From assembly GCF_006345805.1 (NCBI RefSeq), contig NC_043006.1, positions 15,624,001-15,688,000 of the forward strand: a stretch of 64,000 nt of DNA. Direction: 5' to 3'. The position numbers and the translations under genes were made by a program. The notes beneath the pieces are model-generated. The model did not search any database. It was not told the DNA's origin and saw only the letters and a program-made list of their open reading frames with translations. This document shows, piece by piece, positions 13,144 through 25,240 of this stretch. Positions within the stretch are counted from its first letter, which is position 1. Every line of letters starts with the position of its first letter. The DNA is from Octopus sinensis. Its lineage: Eukaryota.

Positions 13144-13703
13144 CAAATAAGAAAATGGAGAGGATTAAAAAATGAGAAAAACTATTTTCGACCATCCACA
13201 ATTGGACGAAATAACATGGATCTTGGAATACAACACCGGAAGTCTCTAGCTTATTCCCCTTTCTATATCCAAATAATTTTACTAAGTTGTGCTACACTAA
13301 CATCCTCATTTTTGCTCCTAATCCTTTTCTGCTCTTTTAAGAAGTCAAACACATTGTACCTATTGTTAACTCTCCCAACCACTTAGACCCTCTGAAGAAG
13401 CCTAGAGGCACATTCATCATCCAAACTTTATTTGACCATCCCTACTGAACGCAGAGGAGATGGAGATGGCATGGAGAATTTCGTTGCCTCCTGGTAGAAA
13501 CGGCCGTTAGGAAATTAGAACCTTCTGACAATCTGATCTTTTGCTCTTTTCTGTTCTCTCCCTCTCTCTCTCTTTGCTCTCTCTCTCTCTCTCTCATTTT
13601 GTCTCTCTCTCTCTCTCTCATTTTGTCTCTCTCTCTCTCATTTTGTCTCTCTCTCTCTCTCTCATTTTGTCTCTCTCTCTCTCTCTCCTTCTCTCTCTCT
13701 CAC

Positions 13704-13734
<31 letters not shown>

Positions 13735-13777
13735 CATACATATATGTACAATTCTACATATATTTGCATATATACAA

Positions 13778-13935
13778 GCGCAGGAGTGGCTGTGTGGTAA
13801 GTAGCTTGCTTACCAACCACATGGTTCCGGGTTCAGTCGCACTGCGTGGCACCTTGCGCAAGTGTTTTCTACTATAGCCTCGGGCCTACCAAAGCCATGT
13901 GGGTGGATTTGGTAGACGGAGACTGAAAGAAGCCT
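13778..13935 (+). mobile_element. SINE family A, 5' part
   Basis: GCGCAGGAGTGGCTGTGTGGTAAGTAGCTTGC head through GAAAGAAGCC. Confidence 0.88.
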
Positions 13936-14342
13936 TATTTTGGGCATTAATAATGGTAGATTATGCCATTTACTTTGTATCACTTTCATTAAGCGTGAGG
14001 GGTGGGGCGTCTATGTTTTTATATTTTTAAATAAACTATATTCATAATCGACCAAACTATTGATAATACGATATGTGCGTCGTTTTTCACTATTTAAGAC
14101 AATATTGATCTTGGTTTTGTCTGTTGTCGTGTATGACATACAGACGGGCACCACACCATATACAAACACCTGCATTCACACACACACACGTCACACGCAC
14201 GTATGTATATTGCCTTAGGCTAGCACTAAACTTTTGAAAATATACTGTTACCAACACAACCAATAAGTTTTGTGCTTCATAACAATTTAAATATACATAA
14301 ATGTAATGTATACATACACATACTGAGGAGGAAAAATGTACG

Positions 14343-14384
<42 letters not shown>

Positions 14385-15091
14385 TGTACGGGTGCGTGTG
14401 TGCGCGTGCGTGTGTGTATCAATCGCTATGCTAATCGCATATCTTCCTTCCGACTCAGGGACAAAAGAAACGTTACTAAGTTGGCTAGCTACGTATGGCG
14501 TTTGAAGTTGAAAGTCGCACCACGTGCGATAAAATGGAAAATAATCTAAAAATTCACACCCTACGTTAACGGACAAAAGACTGTAACCTATGCGTAGCTG
14601 TAAGAACTGAGATTCATCTCAGATGTAAGAACTCTAACACACTGCTAAATTCTAGATTCGAAGTTCTCAGCGGGTGTAAGTATATTGCTAAGTTCCTGTT
14701 GACGAATTAGAACAAAAGTACCACGAACTCTATGCTACTATCCTTTCAGCCTTATAATTTAGGGCCTCAGAGGAAATAACTCGAATTGCCTCTTTCTGCT
14801 TTCGTTTCCGGTTTTTCAACCTTCCGTCTTTGATATATATTTTCTTCCGCCGTTTCTCGTTTTTTTTCCTCATCCTATCGTCTTACTTTTAGTTTTGTTG
14901 CCTGTGTCTGAAAATTATTCTAGGATACGAGACGTGTTAAAAATACTATCCGCCATGCTTACACCATATGAAACGAATAGTAGTACATAAAAACATATAT
15001 TCTGTTTATTAAATAATATGTATCCCTCGCCAGATGGAGAACTTTTATGGTTGATCTTACTATCACGGAACAGTACACTATATATATATAT

Positions 15092-15483
15092 GCGCAGGTG
15101 GGGCCGTGTGGTAAGTAGCTTGCTTACCAGCCACATGGTTACAGCTTCAGTCCCATTGCATGGCACCGTGGCAAGTTTCTTCTACTCTAGCCTCTGGCCT
15201 ACCCAAGCCTTGTGAGTGGATTTGATAAACGGAAACTAAAAGAAGCCCGTCGTATATATGTATATATGTATGTGTGTATATGTTTTTATGTCTATGTTTG
15301 TCCCGCCAAAATCGCTTGACAACGGATGCTGTTACGTTTAAGTCCCCGTAACTTAGCGGTTCGGCAAAATAGACCGATAGAATAAGTACTAGGCTTACAA
15401 AAGCATAAGTCCTGGGATCGATTTGCTCGACAAAAGGCGGTGCTCCTGCATGGCCGCAGTCAAATGACGGAAACAATTAAAAG
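15092..15483 (+). mobile_element. SINE family A, full length
   Basis: Matches the 9861 copy end to end. Confidence 0.88.
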
Positions 15484-15484
15484 A

Positions 15485-15584
<100 letters not shown>

Positions 15585-15619
15585 GTTTCCGACGAAGAGC
15601 TCCGCTCGAAACGTTAAAC
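15585..15619 (+). ncRNA. Minimal hammerhead-like motif, U4C variant
   Basis: GTTT-CCGACGA-A-GAGC tcc GCTC-GAAAC-GTT-AAAC: 4-bp stem I, 4-bp stem II and a loopless palindromic stem III. It begins a dispersed repeat also seen reversed at 25270-25350. Confidence 0.45.
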
Positions 15620-15711
15620 CCTCCTTCTTTCCTGAGCGTCCAATAATACTATATTTGTTCCACGTCCTCGCGTTGTTGTGTTGTTTTTTGTGCTTTCTTG
15701 TTTGGATTAAC

Positions 15712-15806
<95 letters not shown>

Positions 15807-16422
15807 TGTATGTATGTATGTATAATGCATAGCGTGATTGTGTGTGTTATACACCACACTGAAGAAGAAAATGTTTTCGCGTTTCTTTACTTTTATTATA
15901 TATTTCTTATATTTTCTAAAGAGATTTCTTCTTGTTTTAGTTTCGAACAAAACCGTACTTAGCTCTATGAATATTCAAGTCTTTCTCGGTGTAATCCTTT
16001 CATTGAAAGCACAACAGTGAATCGCTGCTGACGTATTTTGTAGAAGTCGGCAACGGATAAGAGTCATCTTGTGACAGCAAAATTGTCTTCACGGGATTTA
16101 AAATTATTTAATGATTAACTATCCTGCCATGTCGGTGATATATTTTCACTTAAATTGGAATCTATTTTGAAACGTGACGTTATATTTTCCTTCATCAAAG
16201 AAGCCTTATATGAGGAAATGTCAAAATATCTGAACTAGTACTAATTAATATCGGAAACATGAATACGCTATTATTCCAAACTATAGAACTACTAAGTACA
16301 CATCTACCCACACAAACTGCTACAAAAGGTAAAGCGCTCAATTAAATCACGGAAACCTCGAATTTCTTATAGACATGAACCAAACGCGACATAGTCATTG
16401 AATATGTGAATACATCATTACG

Positions 16423-16801
16423 AGTGGAGGCGCAATGGCCCAGTGGTTACGGCAGCGGACTCGCGGTCGTAGGATCGCGGTTTCGATTCCCAGACCGGGC
16501 GTTGTGAGTGTTTATTGAGCAAAAACACCTAAAAAGCTCCACGATGTACAGGTGGTGATCCCTGCTGTACTCTTTCACCACAACTTTCTCTCACTCTTAC
16601 TTCCTGTTTCTGTTGTAACTGTATTTCAAAGGGCCGGCCTTGTCACTCTCTGTGTCACGCTGAATATCCCCGAGAACTACGTTATGGGTAAACGTGTCTG
16701 TGGAGTGCTCAGCCACTTACACGTTAATTTCACGAGTAGGCTGTTCCGTTGATTCGGATCAACCGGAACCCTCATCATCGTAACCGACGGAGTGCTTCCA
16801 C
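16423..16801 (+). mobile_element. tRNA-derived SINE (family C head)
   Basis: A and B boxes present. Perfect 11-bp TSD ACATCATTACG at 16412-16422 and 16802-16812. Confidence 0.93.
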
Positions 16802-16977
16802 ACATCATTACGTACTATTTAAATAGAACATCTATCGCATATAGCGATAAATTAATATTATACAAAGACAAGGTTGTGAGCAGGCGGAATCGTTAGCACG
16901 TCGAGCAAGATGCTTGGCGGCATTTCGCCCGTCTTTACGTTCTGAGTCGAAATTCCACCTAGCTTGATTTTGCCTAA

Positions 16978-17768
16978 GGCGGCGAGCTGGCAGAAACGTT
17001 AGCACGCCGGATGAAATGCTTAGCGGTATTTCGTCTGTCGTTACGTTGTGAGTTCAAATTCCGCCGAGGTCAACTTTGCCTTTCATCCTTTCGGGGTCGA
17101 TAAATTAAGTACCAGTTACTATCTGGGGTCGATATAATCGACTTAATACCTATGTCTGTCCTTGTTTGTCCCCTCTATGTTTAGCCCCTTGTGGGTAATA
17201 AAGAAATAGAAATAGGTATTTCGTCTGCCGCTACGTTCTGAGTTCAAATTCCGCCGAGGTCGACTTTGCCTTTCATCTTTTCGGGGTCGATTAAATAAAT
17301 ACCAGTTACGCACTGGGGTGGATATAATCGACTTAATCCGTTTGTCTGTCCTTGTTTGTCTCCTCTGTGTTTAGCCCCTTGTGGGTAATAAAGAAATAGA
17401 TATTTCGTCTGCCGCTACGTTCTGAGTTCAAATTCCGCCGAGGTCGACTTTGCCTTTCATCTTTTCGGGGTCGATTAAATAAATACCAGTTACGCACTGG
17501 GGTGGATATAATCGACTTAATCCGTTTGTCTGTCCTTGTTTGTCTTCTCTGTGTTTAGCCCCTTGTTGGTAGTAAAGAAATCGATATTTCGTCTGTCGCT
17601 ACGTTCTGAGTTCAAATTCCGCCGAGGTCGACTTTGCCTTTCATCTTTTCGGGATTGATTAAATAAGTACCAGTTACGCACTGGGGTCGATGTAATCGAC
17701 TTAATCCGTTTGTCTGTCCTTGTTTGACCCCTCTGTGTTTAGCCCCTTGTGCGTAGTAAAGAAATAGC
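16978..17768 (+). mobile_element. SINE family B head followed by four tandem ~184-190-bp body units
   Basis: Units start at 17027, 17217, 17401 and 17585, each beginning TATTTCGTCTG. Confidence 0.92.
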
Positions 17769-18049
17769 TTGCCTTTGTCTTTCATCCTTTTGGGGGTCGA
17801 TAAAACAAGTACCAGTTACGCACTGGGGTCGATTTAATCGGCTTGGCTCCTCCCTCAAAAGTGCTGGCCTTGTGTCGAAATTTAAAACCATTATTACACA
17901 AAGATCAAAATTTGACATCAACACGCACTCTAAATACCTACCTGACGCACTACATTGCTAAACATATAACACAAACTTTTCTCTCCATACATAAGATTAA
18001 CTCCATACATAACTAAAATCAGTGACTTTGCAACTAAAATGCTACTGCT

Positions 18050-18520
18050 TAGGCACGTGCATTTCTGACATTGCCCCTAATGAACTCCTGCTAATTTTCT
18101 CTCTACTCGCAAATGCAAGTTAACCAACCTCCCTGGAAGTTGAATTGTGGGTGGCAGTTAATGGTGCTCTCCATACGAGTAGCCACAAAATTAGAGGTGA
18201 AGAGGACAACCACACTGTAGTTTCGTTGTTATTTAGCGGTATCAAGAAATCGGAAATACACAATCCAATAATCTATTTTGATATTATGAACTTTTACCCA
18301 TTCCTCACTGAATTTCTTCTCTTGAAAAGTTTGGATTTTGGATAGGAATTTACCATAGTTTTCCATCATGATTCTAGGATATTACTGGACGATATGATTC
18401 ACTGTTATGCAACGATGATTTCAACTACATTGGAAAAGAGGGATAACTCTCTATCCGAAGTTTCCAAGATGATCTACGATGGTACTGAGGGGAACGATCA
18501 CACAATCCCCTCCTCATAGC
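18050..18520 (+). pseudogene. Heavily decayed CR1/L2-like reverse transcriptase fragment
   Basis: With indels it reads AF.D..PNELLL...LWVAVNGAL...IHCYA(DD)...FQDDL, in the order expected for a LINE RT. Confidence 0.35.
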
Positions 18521-18628
18521 TCGAACGGACAACTACGAATATTACTTATCAGTACAACAACTACTGCCTCCATCTCTCACATTTTAGAACTAGCATTTTT
18601 GCGCGTATATATATATATATATATATAT

Positions 18629-18946
18629 ACGACGGGCTTCTTTCAGTTTCCGTCTACCAAATCCACTCACAAGACTTTGGTCGGTCCGAGGCTATAGTAG
18701 AAGACACTTGCCCAAGGTGCCACGCCATGGGACTGAACCCGGTTGGTAAGCAAGCTACTTACCACACAACCACTCCTGCGCCTGTATATATATATATACA
18801 CACATACGACGGGCTTCTTTCAGTTTTCGTCTACAAATCTACTCACGAGGTCGTAGGCTATAGTAGAGACGCTTGCCCAGGGTGCTGCGCGGCGAGCCTG
18901 AACTCGGAACCATGTGGTTGGGAAGCAAACTTCTTATCACACAGCC
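18629..18946 (-). mobile_element. Two tandem 5' parts of SINE family A
   Basis: Reverse-complement heads at 18629-18784 and 18806-18946. Confidence 0.85.
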
Positions 18947-19805
18947 ATATCCATCTTTTCTCTATCATTTTGTTCTTTTTTTTATCTATTTATTCTATAG
19001 GTTCTTACTTCTCCTTTAATTCATATTTCTACACCTCTCCTATCTTATAATTGATCTGATAGCTATTCAGTTGCAACACAATTATCGTTGTTATTGTTAT
19101 TGTTAATGTTAAATAAACATCATTAGGCTTTCTCTTCGCGTGGTTATTGATTCTTTGAGACCTTTAGATATTTCCATTAATCCAAATGCCGTTTGACGAT
19201 TGCCGATTCTATAGCTTTCTAACGCTTTATTTTCACTGTTATGTATTTCAGAGGATCGCATAAAATGACTTAATTAAATTACTCTATTTATTTTATCATC
19301 ATATTATTTCATTTTATTTCATCTTATTCTATTTTCTTATTATCTTCCCTCAACTCATTTTCCACATCTCAACTGGCGTACGACTTACTTCACACCTACT
19401 ATAATTAAACATTAGTTCCAACAATATATATATATAATTATCTTACCAGATTTAATTACTCATATCGAGTTATTTTATTGTATCACTAATTATGATATGT
19501 ATTATTCATTATTACTTAATTTGGTTTATCCCTACACTTTATAATTCACTCTGTTAGAACCTAGTGATAATTCTATTTTTGTATTTATTTATACACAATA
19601 AACATACGTTTTCACTAATATTTCAAAATCTAATATTTTACTGATTTGCTTCAATAGCTAACACCATTATAACCAATGGAAACTTACATTTTTATCACTA
19701 CTTGCCTTATCGCATTCATTATTGTAAGGACTATAATCTGAGAACTTAATTATCTTTTATACCCATTTTTACCACCTTCTAACATCTCCCATTTGTTACG
19801 TAATA

Positions 19806-20038
19806 TATTTCTTTACTATCCACAAGGGGCTAAACATAGAGGGGACAAACAAGGACAGAAAACGGATTAAGTCGATTACATCGACCCCAGTGCGTAACTG
19901 GTACTGTATTTATCGACACCGAAAGGATGAAAGGCAAAGTGTGCCACGGCGGAATTTGAACTCAGAACGTAACGTCAGACGAAATACCGCTAAGCATTTC
20001 GCCCGGCGCGCTAACGTTTCTGCCAGCTCGCCGCCTTT
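19806..20038 (-). mobile_element. SINE family B
   Basis: Full minus-strand copy. 17-bp TSD CCATTTG(T/C)TACGTAATA at 19789-19805 and 20039-20055. Confidence 0.93.
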
Positions 20039-20304
20039 CCATTTGCTACGTAATAGGCTTAGCCCACACTGGTGGTCAAAAATACGATGAGTTATTTGTA
20101 CACGCAGCATACCTCATTCTTTGTCAATAAACCGATTTCCCCTACTCACTTAATTTCCCATCCCTCTACACGCATATATAATTACTATACGCACGCTTGT
20201 GCATGTACATATGTATGCAGACAGACGTGTTTGTGCGCATGCATCTGTTTATGTCAATTTCTATACACATACGAATGCATATATGTATATATATAATAAG
20301 TACA

Positions 20305-20520
20305 AATGCGCCCTTTTAAAGCCCAGCCAGGCTCATGGGCCCGGTTTCCCGGTTTCTATGGCGTATGTTTTCCCCAGCTGGACATCACAGCGTTACTCAT
20401 TTTTGTCAGTTGAGTGGACTGAAGAGTTTTGCTCAAGAACACAATGCATCGCCTGGTCCAGGAATTGAAACCACAATCTTACGATCATGGTGCTGATACC
20501 CTAACCACTAAGCCACGCGC
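20305..20520 (-). mobile_element. tRNA-derived SINE related to family C
   Basis: Minus-strand head with A/B boxes. The tail GGGCCATGAGCCTGGCTGGGCTT is shared with the 40371 copy. Confidence 0.75.
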
Positions 20521-20523
20521 CTC

Positions 20524-20572
<49 letters not shown>

Positions 20573-21127
20573 CATCTGTACATGTATGAGCATCTGTACA
20601 TGTGTGTTAGTGTACACACACACACATGTATAATATATATATAGATATGTTTAAAATATTATTGATTTCGTGTGTCGCTGGTAAATGATGCATTGCTGGC
20701 TATTTTAGTTATCATTTCCAGTTTGAATGACTGAATAAACCAGTTTAGCTAGATGTTCATGAATCTTCTCTCTTGAGTGTGGTGCCTCCATATATATATC
20801 ACATTCTCTTTAAAGCCATCAAGATTTTGATAAGGTATTGTTGTAGTAGAGAGCTGCTTTATTCCAGCTGTAAATATCTATAGATAGCTGGGAAAGTCTC
20901 CGACGTATTCCGACAGCAAGATAATATAATTTAGAGGAATGTTGGAAGTTGTATGTATATACATACACACACACACTCACGCACGCACACATACACTCAC
21001 AAACATATTAAAACATGAGCAAGCGAAATATTTGACATCATTGTAGAACATTTGATTTATTTCATTTATTATATAAACAGAGTGCAGAGCACTTGTACTA
21101 AATATGTAGTCTCCTACAGTTGTTTCT

Positions 21128-22124
21128 GGAACTTTCCAGGAAGTTTCCAACCAATTTTCCAGGAAGTTAGAAAATCCCCGGACGTTTCCATAAAGCATTG
21201 GAATTTTCCAGGAAGTTTCCGATCAAATTTACAGGAAATCGGAGGAATCCCCGGAACTTTCCATGAAATCATCGGAACTTTCGAGAAAGTTTCCGATAAA
21301 TTTCCTGGAAGTCGGGGGAATCCCTGGAACTTTCGAGGGAATCCTCGGAACTTTCCACGAAGTTTCCGATCAATTTTCCAGGAACTAGGGAATCACCGGA
21401 AGTTTCCACGAAATCCTCGGAAATCCAGGAAGTCAGGGGAATCCCGGAACTTTCCATTAAATCATTGGAACTTTCCATGAAGTTTCCGATAACTTTTCAA
21501 GGAAGTTGGGATTGCCCCAGAACTTTCAATCAACCCTCGGAACTTTCCAGGAAGTTTCCGACCTAAATTTCCAGGTAGTCGGGGAATCCTAGGAACTTTC
21601 CATGAAATCATCGGAACTTTCCAGAAGGCCTGTAATTTTCCCTATAATCCGGGGTACTTTCCAGGAAGTTTTCGACCAAATTTCCAGGAAGATGGGGAAT
21701 CGCCGGAAGTTTCCATTAGAAACTCGGAAATTTCCAGAGGAACTTTCCATGAAATCCTCGGAGCTTTCCGACAAGTTTCCGACCAATTTTCCAGGAAGTT
21801 GGTGGAACCTCGGAACTTTCGAGGAAGTTCCGACCAAATTTCTATGAATTCGGGGAGTCCACGGAACTTTCCATTAAAACCTCGGCACTTTCCAGGAAGT
21901 TTCTGATTAATTTTCCAGGAAGTTGGTGAATCCCCGGAACTTTCCATGAAATCCTCGGAACTTCCCAGAAAGTTTCCAACCAAATTTCCAGGAACTTCAC
22001 ATAATATCATCGGAACTTTCCATGAAGTTTCCGACCAAATTTCTAGGATGTCGGGAGAAACCCCGGAACTTTCTATGGAATCATCGGAACTTTCCAGGAA
22101 GATTCCGATCAATTCTCCAGGAAG
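21128..22124. repeat. Degenerate ~73-bp tandem repeat (~13 units) built from 10-11-bp subrepeats
   Basis: Hand consensus GGAACTTTCCAGGAAGTTTCCGACCAAATTTCCAGGAAGTCGGGGAATCCCCGGAACTTTCCATGAAATCCTC, with alternating ~52-bp and ~21-bp modules. Confidence 0.9.
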
Positions 22125-23060
22125 CAGAATTGGCAGTCCGAAGACGATGATGTCCTCCGGCGGCGAGCGGGGTCTCGACTGGTCGGCGGCCGTGCGTATA
22201 CGCGCAAAAAAAACAACGCGCGAAGAAGCATTCGCGGAGCAAAAGTGGTTTGCGATCCGACTGCCGCACACCAACCACGGCACGCGCCAAGGTCAGCGGC
22301 GTAACCTGACCGGGCCCTCGTCTGCGAAGACGAAAACGAAGAGGCTGGGGGTCGGAGGCGAGGCGCGAGAAAATGTGGAAGCGAAAAGAAGAAACAAAGA
22401 TTTCGATTGAGAAAGGACAAACCTACAAGCGTTGACAGGCGGGTGGCGGAGATTCGGGGACGCCCCAGCCGTGTAGAGTCGATCTTGCATTGGTAAGCGG
22501 GGAGATAGTCGAAGGCGGGCGAAAACGGACGTCCAGAGGCGGGCGAAGGTGAGCGTGAAAAGGCTGGCTAAAGCGGGCAAACGCGGGCGTCAAGGGGCGA
22601 GCGAACGCTGCGTCTGAAAGGCGGGCGGTGTGGCGGCGAAGATTCGAGGACGCGCCAGCCGTGTAGAGTCGATCTTGCACTGGCAAACGGGGAGTTAACC
22701 GTTGGCAGAAAGGAGCGAAGAGATCATCCCTTCCAGACGGTCACTTATGCCGATCACCCACAACCCTACATAGTAGTCTGGACCCCCTTGGGGTGCGACG
22801 GTCACCTAGAGCGTGACTATCCAGCGTTGGCCGACCCATAAGCTTACGGGTCCGATTTTTTTAACTTACGGGTCGGACCAAGTCGCTGTATTTACCCGGT
22901 GCATATCGCCACAGACTCCCGGCGGCTGACGGCATCGGTCGCGGCTACGACCACGTGTACGTGGGCGATACCGCGAACTTCGGTTCGTTCTTACGATATC
23001 GGGCACTGTAGCGCGGCGGAGGCGGGCGTCAAAAGGCGGGCGAAGGCCTTTCAACACCCA
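22125..23060. other. GC/CpG-rich block with internal duplicated modules, origin unknown
   Basis: Sharp compositional contrast with the flanks, repeated AGGCGGGCGAA, and an identical core CCAGCCGTGTAGAGTCGATCTTGCA at 22465 and 22655. Confidence 0.8.
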
Positions 23061-23864
23061 TTGCGTTAAGCTTAGCTATTCCTTCCAGAACAGCAACGCT
23101 TCCTAGACCAGACACTGCAACTGGCAACATATAGTGCCTCATCTCAACCTCCAAATTGTACATATCGAAATCTCTCTTCCTGGCCGGCCAGGGATTTTTC
23201 ATCTAAGGCACACCTGGATGATATTGAAACAAACAACTTGAGACGTCACTACATATATTTTCAATGGCCGTTCATCTGAGAATGTATATTCAATAAGATC
23301 ATGGGACAGCGAAAACTCCAAAAGTTTCGCTTAATTCATCTATTATCTCACATCGTAAAAACGGAGTACTTTCCACTATAGTGGAGTATAATAAAAAAAA
23401 ACCTCTGTCATACTTCAATAGAGCACAAAAATATATCGTTTTCCTAATTGAAAACTGCACGATATTAAAACAGTTAAAAATATCATTTAATCAGAGATAT
23501 TAACTAAAGTGCATTATAAAAGAAATGTCCGCACTCTTTAACTGTCTCGAAATTGTGATATGCAGCCATCAAATGTAAAAGGCATCATTGAGTTACTTCT
23601 CTTGCTAATTGTAAGCATACAATACACAAATAAGTAAAAAAATTTTAAATAAAATTTCCACTTACACCATCAAAAATTTGACCCAATAAGAATGATCTTA
23701 ACTGGTATACAATGCATACATGGATACATATAGAATAATATTAGATAATGTAATATAATTATATATATATATTTGTATATGTACATGTAAATTTATATAT
23801 GTATATATATATATACACACACACATATGTACTCATACATGCACACACATACATATATGCATAC

Positions 23865-23935
<71 letters not shown>

Positions 23936-23999
23936 CAACTTCCTTCTGTGAATTTTATCTCACTGGTAAAATGCTATGTACATTATTTACGTTTGACGG

Positions 24000-24210
24000 A
24001 TATTTGTCCTTATCTTGTTTGTTGTTAACACAACGTTTTGGCTGATATACTCTCCAGCCTTCATCAAGTGTTTTCAAAAAATTTCGAACCTGGATTCTCA
24101 TTCCTAAAGATTTTTTTTATGTTATTATTATTCAGGTCACTGCCTCGAATTGAACTCGGTATCTTGGGGTTAGCAGCCCGCGCTCTTAATCACTACGTCA
24201 TATACCCGTG
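24000..24210 (-). mobile_element. tRNA-headed SINE-like repeat ending in a decayed PLE-type hammerhead motif
   Basis: Minus-strand head with B-box AGTTCAATTC. The tail reads TTGATGA-A-GGCTG..CAGCC-AAAAC, i.e. a hammerhead core with mutations, at 24027-24070. Confidence 0.5.
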
Positions 24211-24236
24211 GTAAATTATGGAGTGAATTTTAGGGC

Positions 24237-24340
24237 TTAAGGCAGGTCATCGAGGACAAGGGATACCAGCCGGAACAGGTCTTCAATATGGACGAGACTG
24301 GCTTGTTCTGGAAGAAGATGCCTTCCATAACGTACATCAT
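24237..24340 (+). pseudogene. pogo/Tigger transposase fragment
   Basis: LRQVIEDKGYQPEQVFNMDETGLFWKKMPSITYI, the characteristic first-Asp motif of pogo/Tigger DDE domains. Confidence 0.88.
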
Positions 24341-25240
24341 GAACTCTCTCTCCTTCAGGTGCGTGATTAAATGCAGATGTCAAGTTGACCCTAGGTGCCT
24401 CCATGTGGTCTTTGGCATGTTGGTAGAGTATAGAGGACTGCCTTTTATTGTTTCATGGTTTGAAATGTACATTTAGTCTCTCCGCAATGCTTTTAGATGT
24501 CTCACCTATGTATATCATGTTCTTGTCTTCACAAGCACCCTTTACGCACCTTATGCTGTAGACTACATTTCCAGTTCTACAGTTAATGTCAGGGTTAATC
24601 TTACATACCATGCCTGTTGTCATTGATGCATGTGGCATTCTCAAAGAGGTAGTCCTACATAGTTGTGATCTGATGGAGTTCCTTGGCTTTTCAACGATCT
24701 AAATACTGAGCTGAGTTTGGCCTCCTTCAGGGCTTCCTAAATCTTCGGGCTAGTTCTCTATGGGTTGTAGCCTCTACAAACATCACTCATTGGTATTTGT
24801 CGGTCTTGTACGACATGTTCACCCTGTTTGCTTTGTCACAAACTCTTTGTATCCTATTCCAATGTTTACTTATATATTTAGGGCAGGTACCATTGATTTC
24901 ATTACATATAGTGCTATCTAACTTCTTTCTAGCTCCCCTGTATACCCGAAATCTATCTTTCTTATCATATCCAGAGAATTGCATGCTGTGCATAAAGTTA
25001 TGTATATGTTTCTGTTTCGTAGGGTATGCATAGTGGAGACACGTTGATTATTATCCTAACTAAGTTTGCTATCAGTATGCTGATTTTCATTTTGTGTGAC
25101 AAAGCTAAATGATTGTGAACAATATATTTAGAATCTATGAGTTTCGTATAATAGGAGTGGAAGAGCTGCACTCTGTTGTCCACAGTCTCTAACCAAAATT
25201 CAATATCAAGAACAGGGAGTCTATTGTTAGGGTGTCCAGT
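24340..25240 (-). mobile_element. Penelope-like retroelement fragment (RT thumb, linker, GIY-YIG endonuclease)
   Basis: LPVLDIEFW...HSYYTK...SGYDKK upstream of INCRTGNVVYSIRC...YIGETSKSIAERLNVH. Broken by stops and frameshifts. Confidence 0.85.

Noticed and set aside
21052-22686. ORFs of up to 213 aa across the 73-bp array and GC-rich block
   Set aside because: They overlap on both strands, have repetitive composition and no motifs. The 73-bp period is not a multiple of three.
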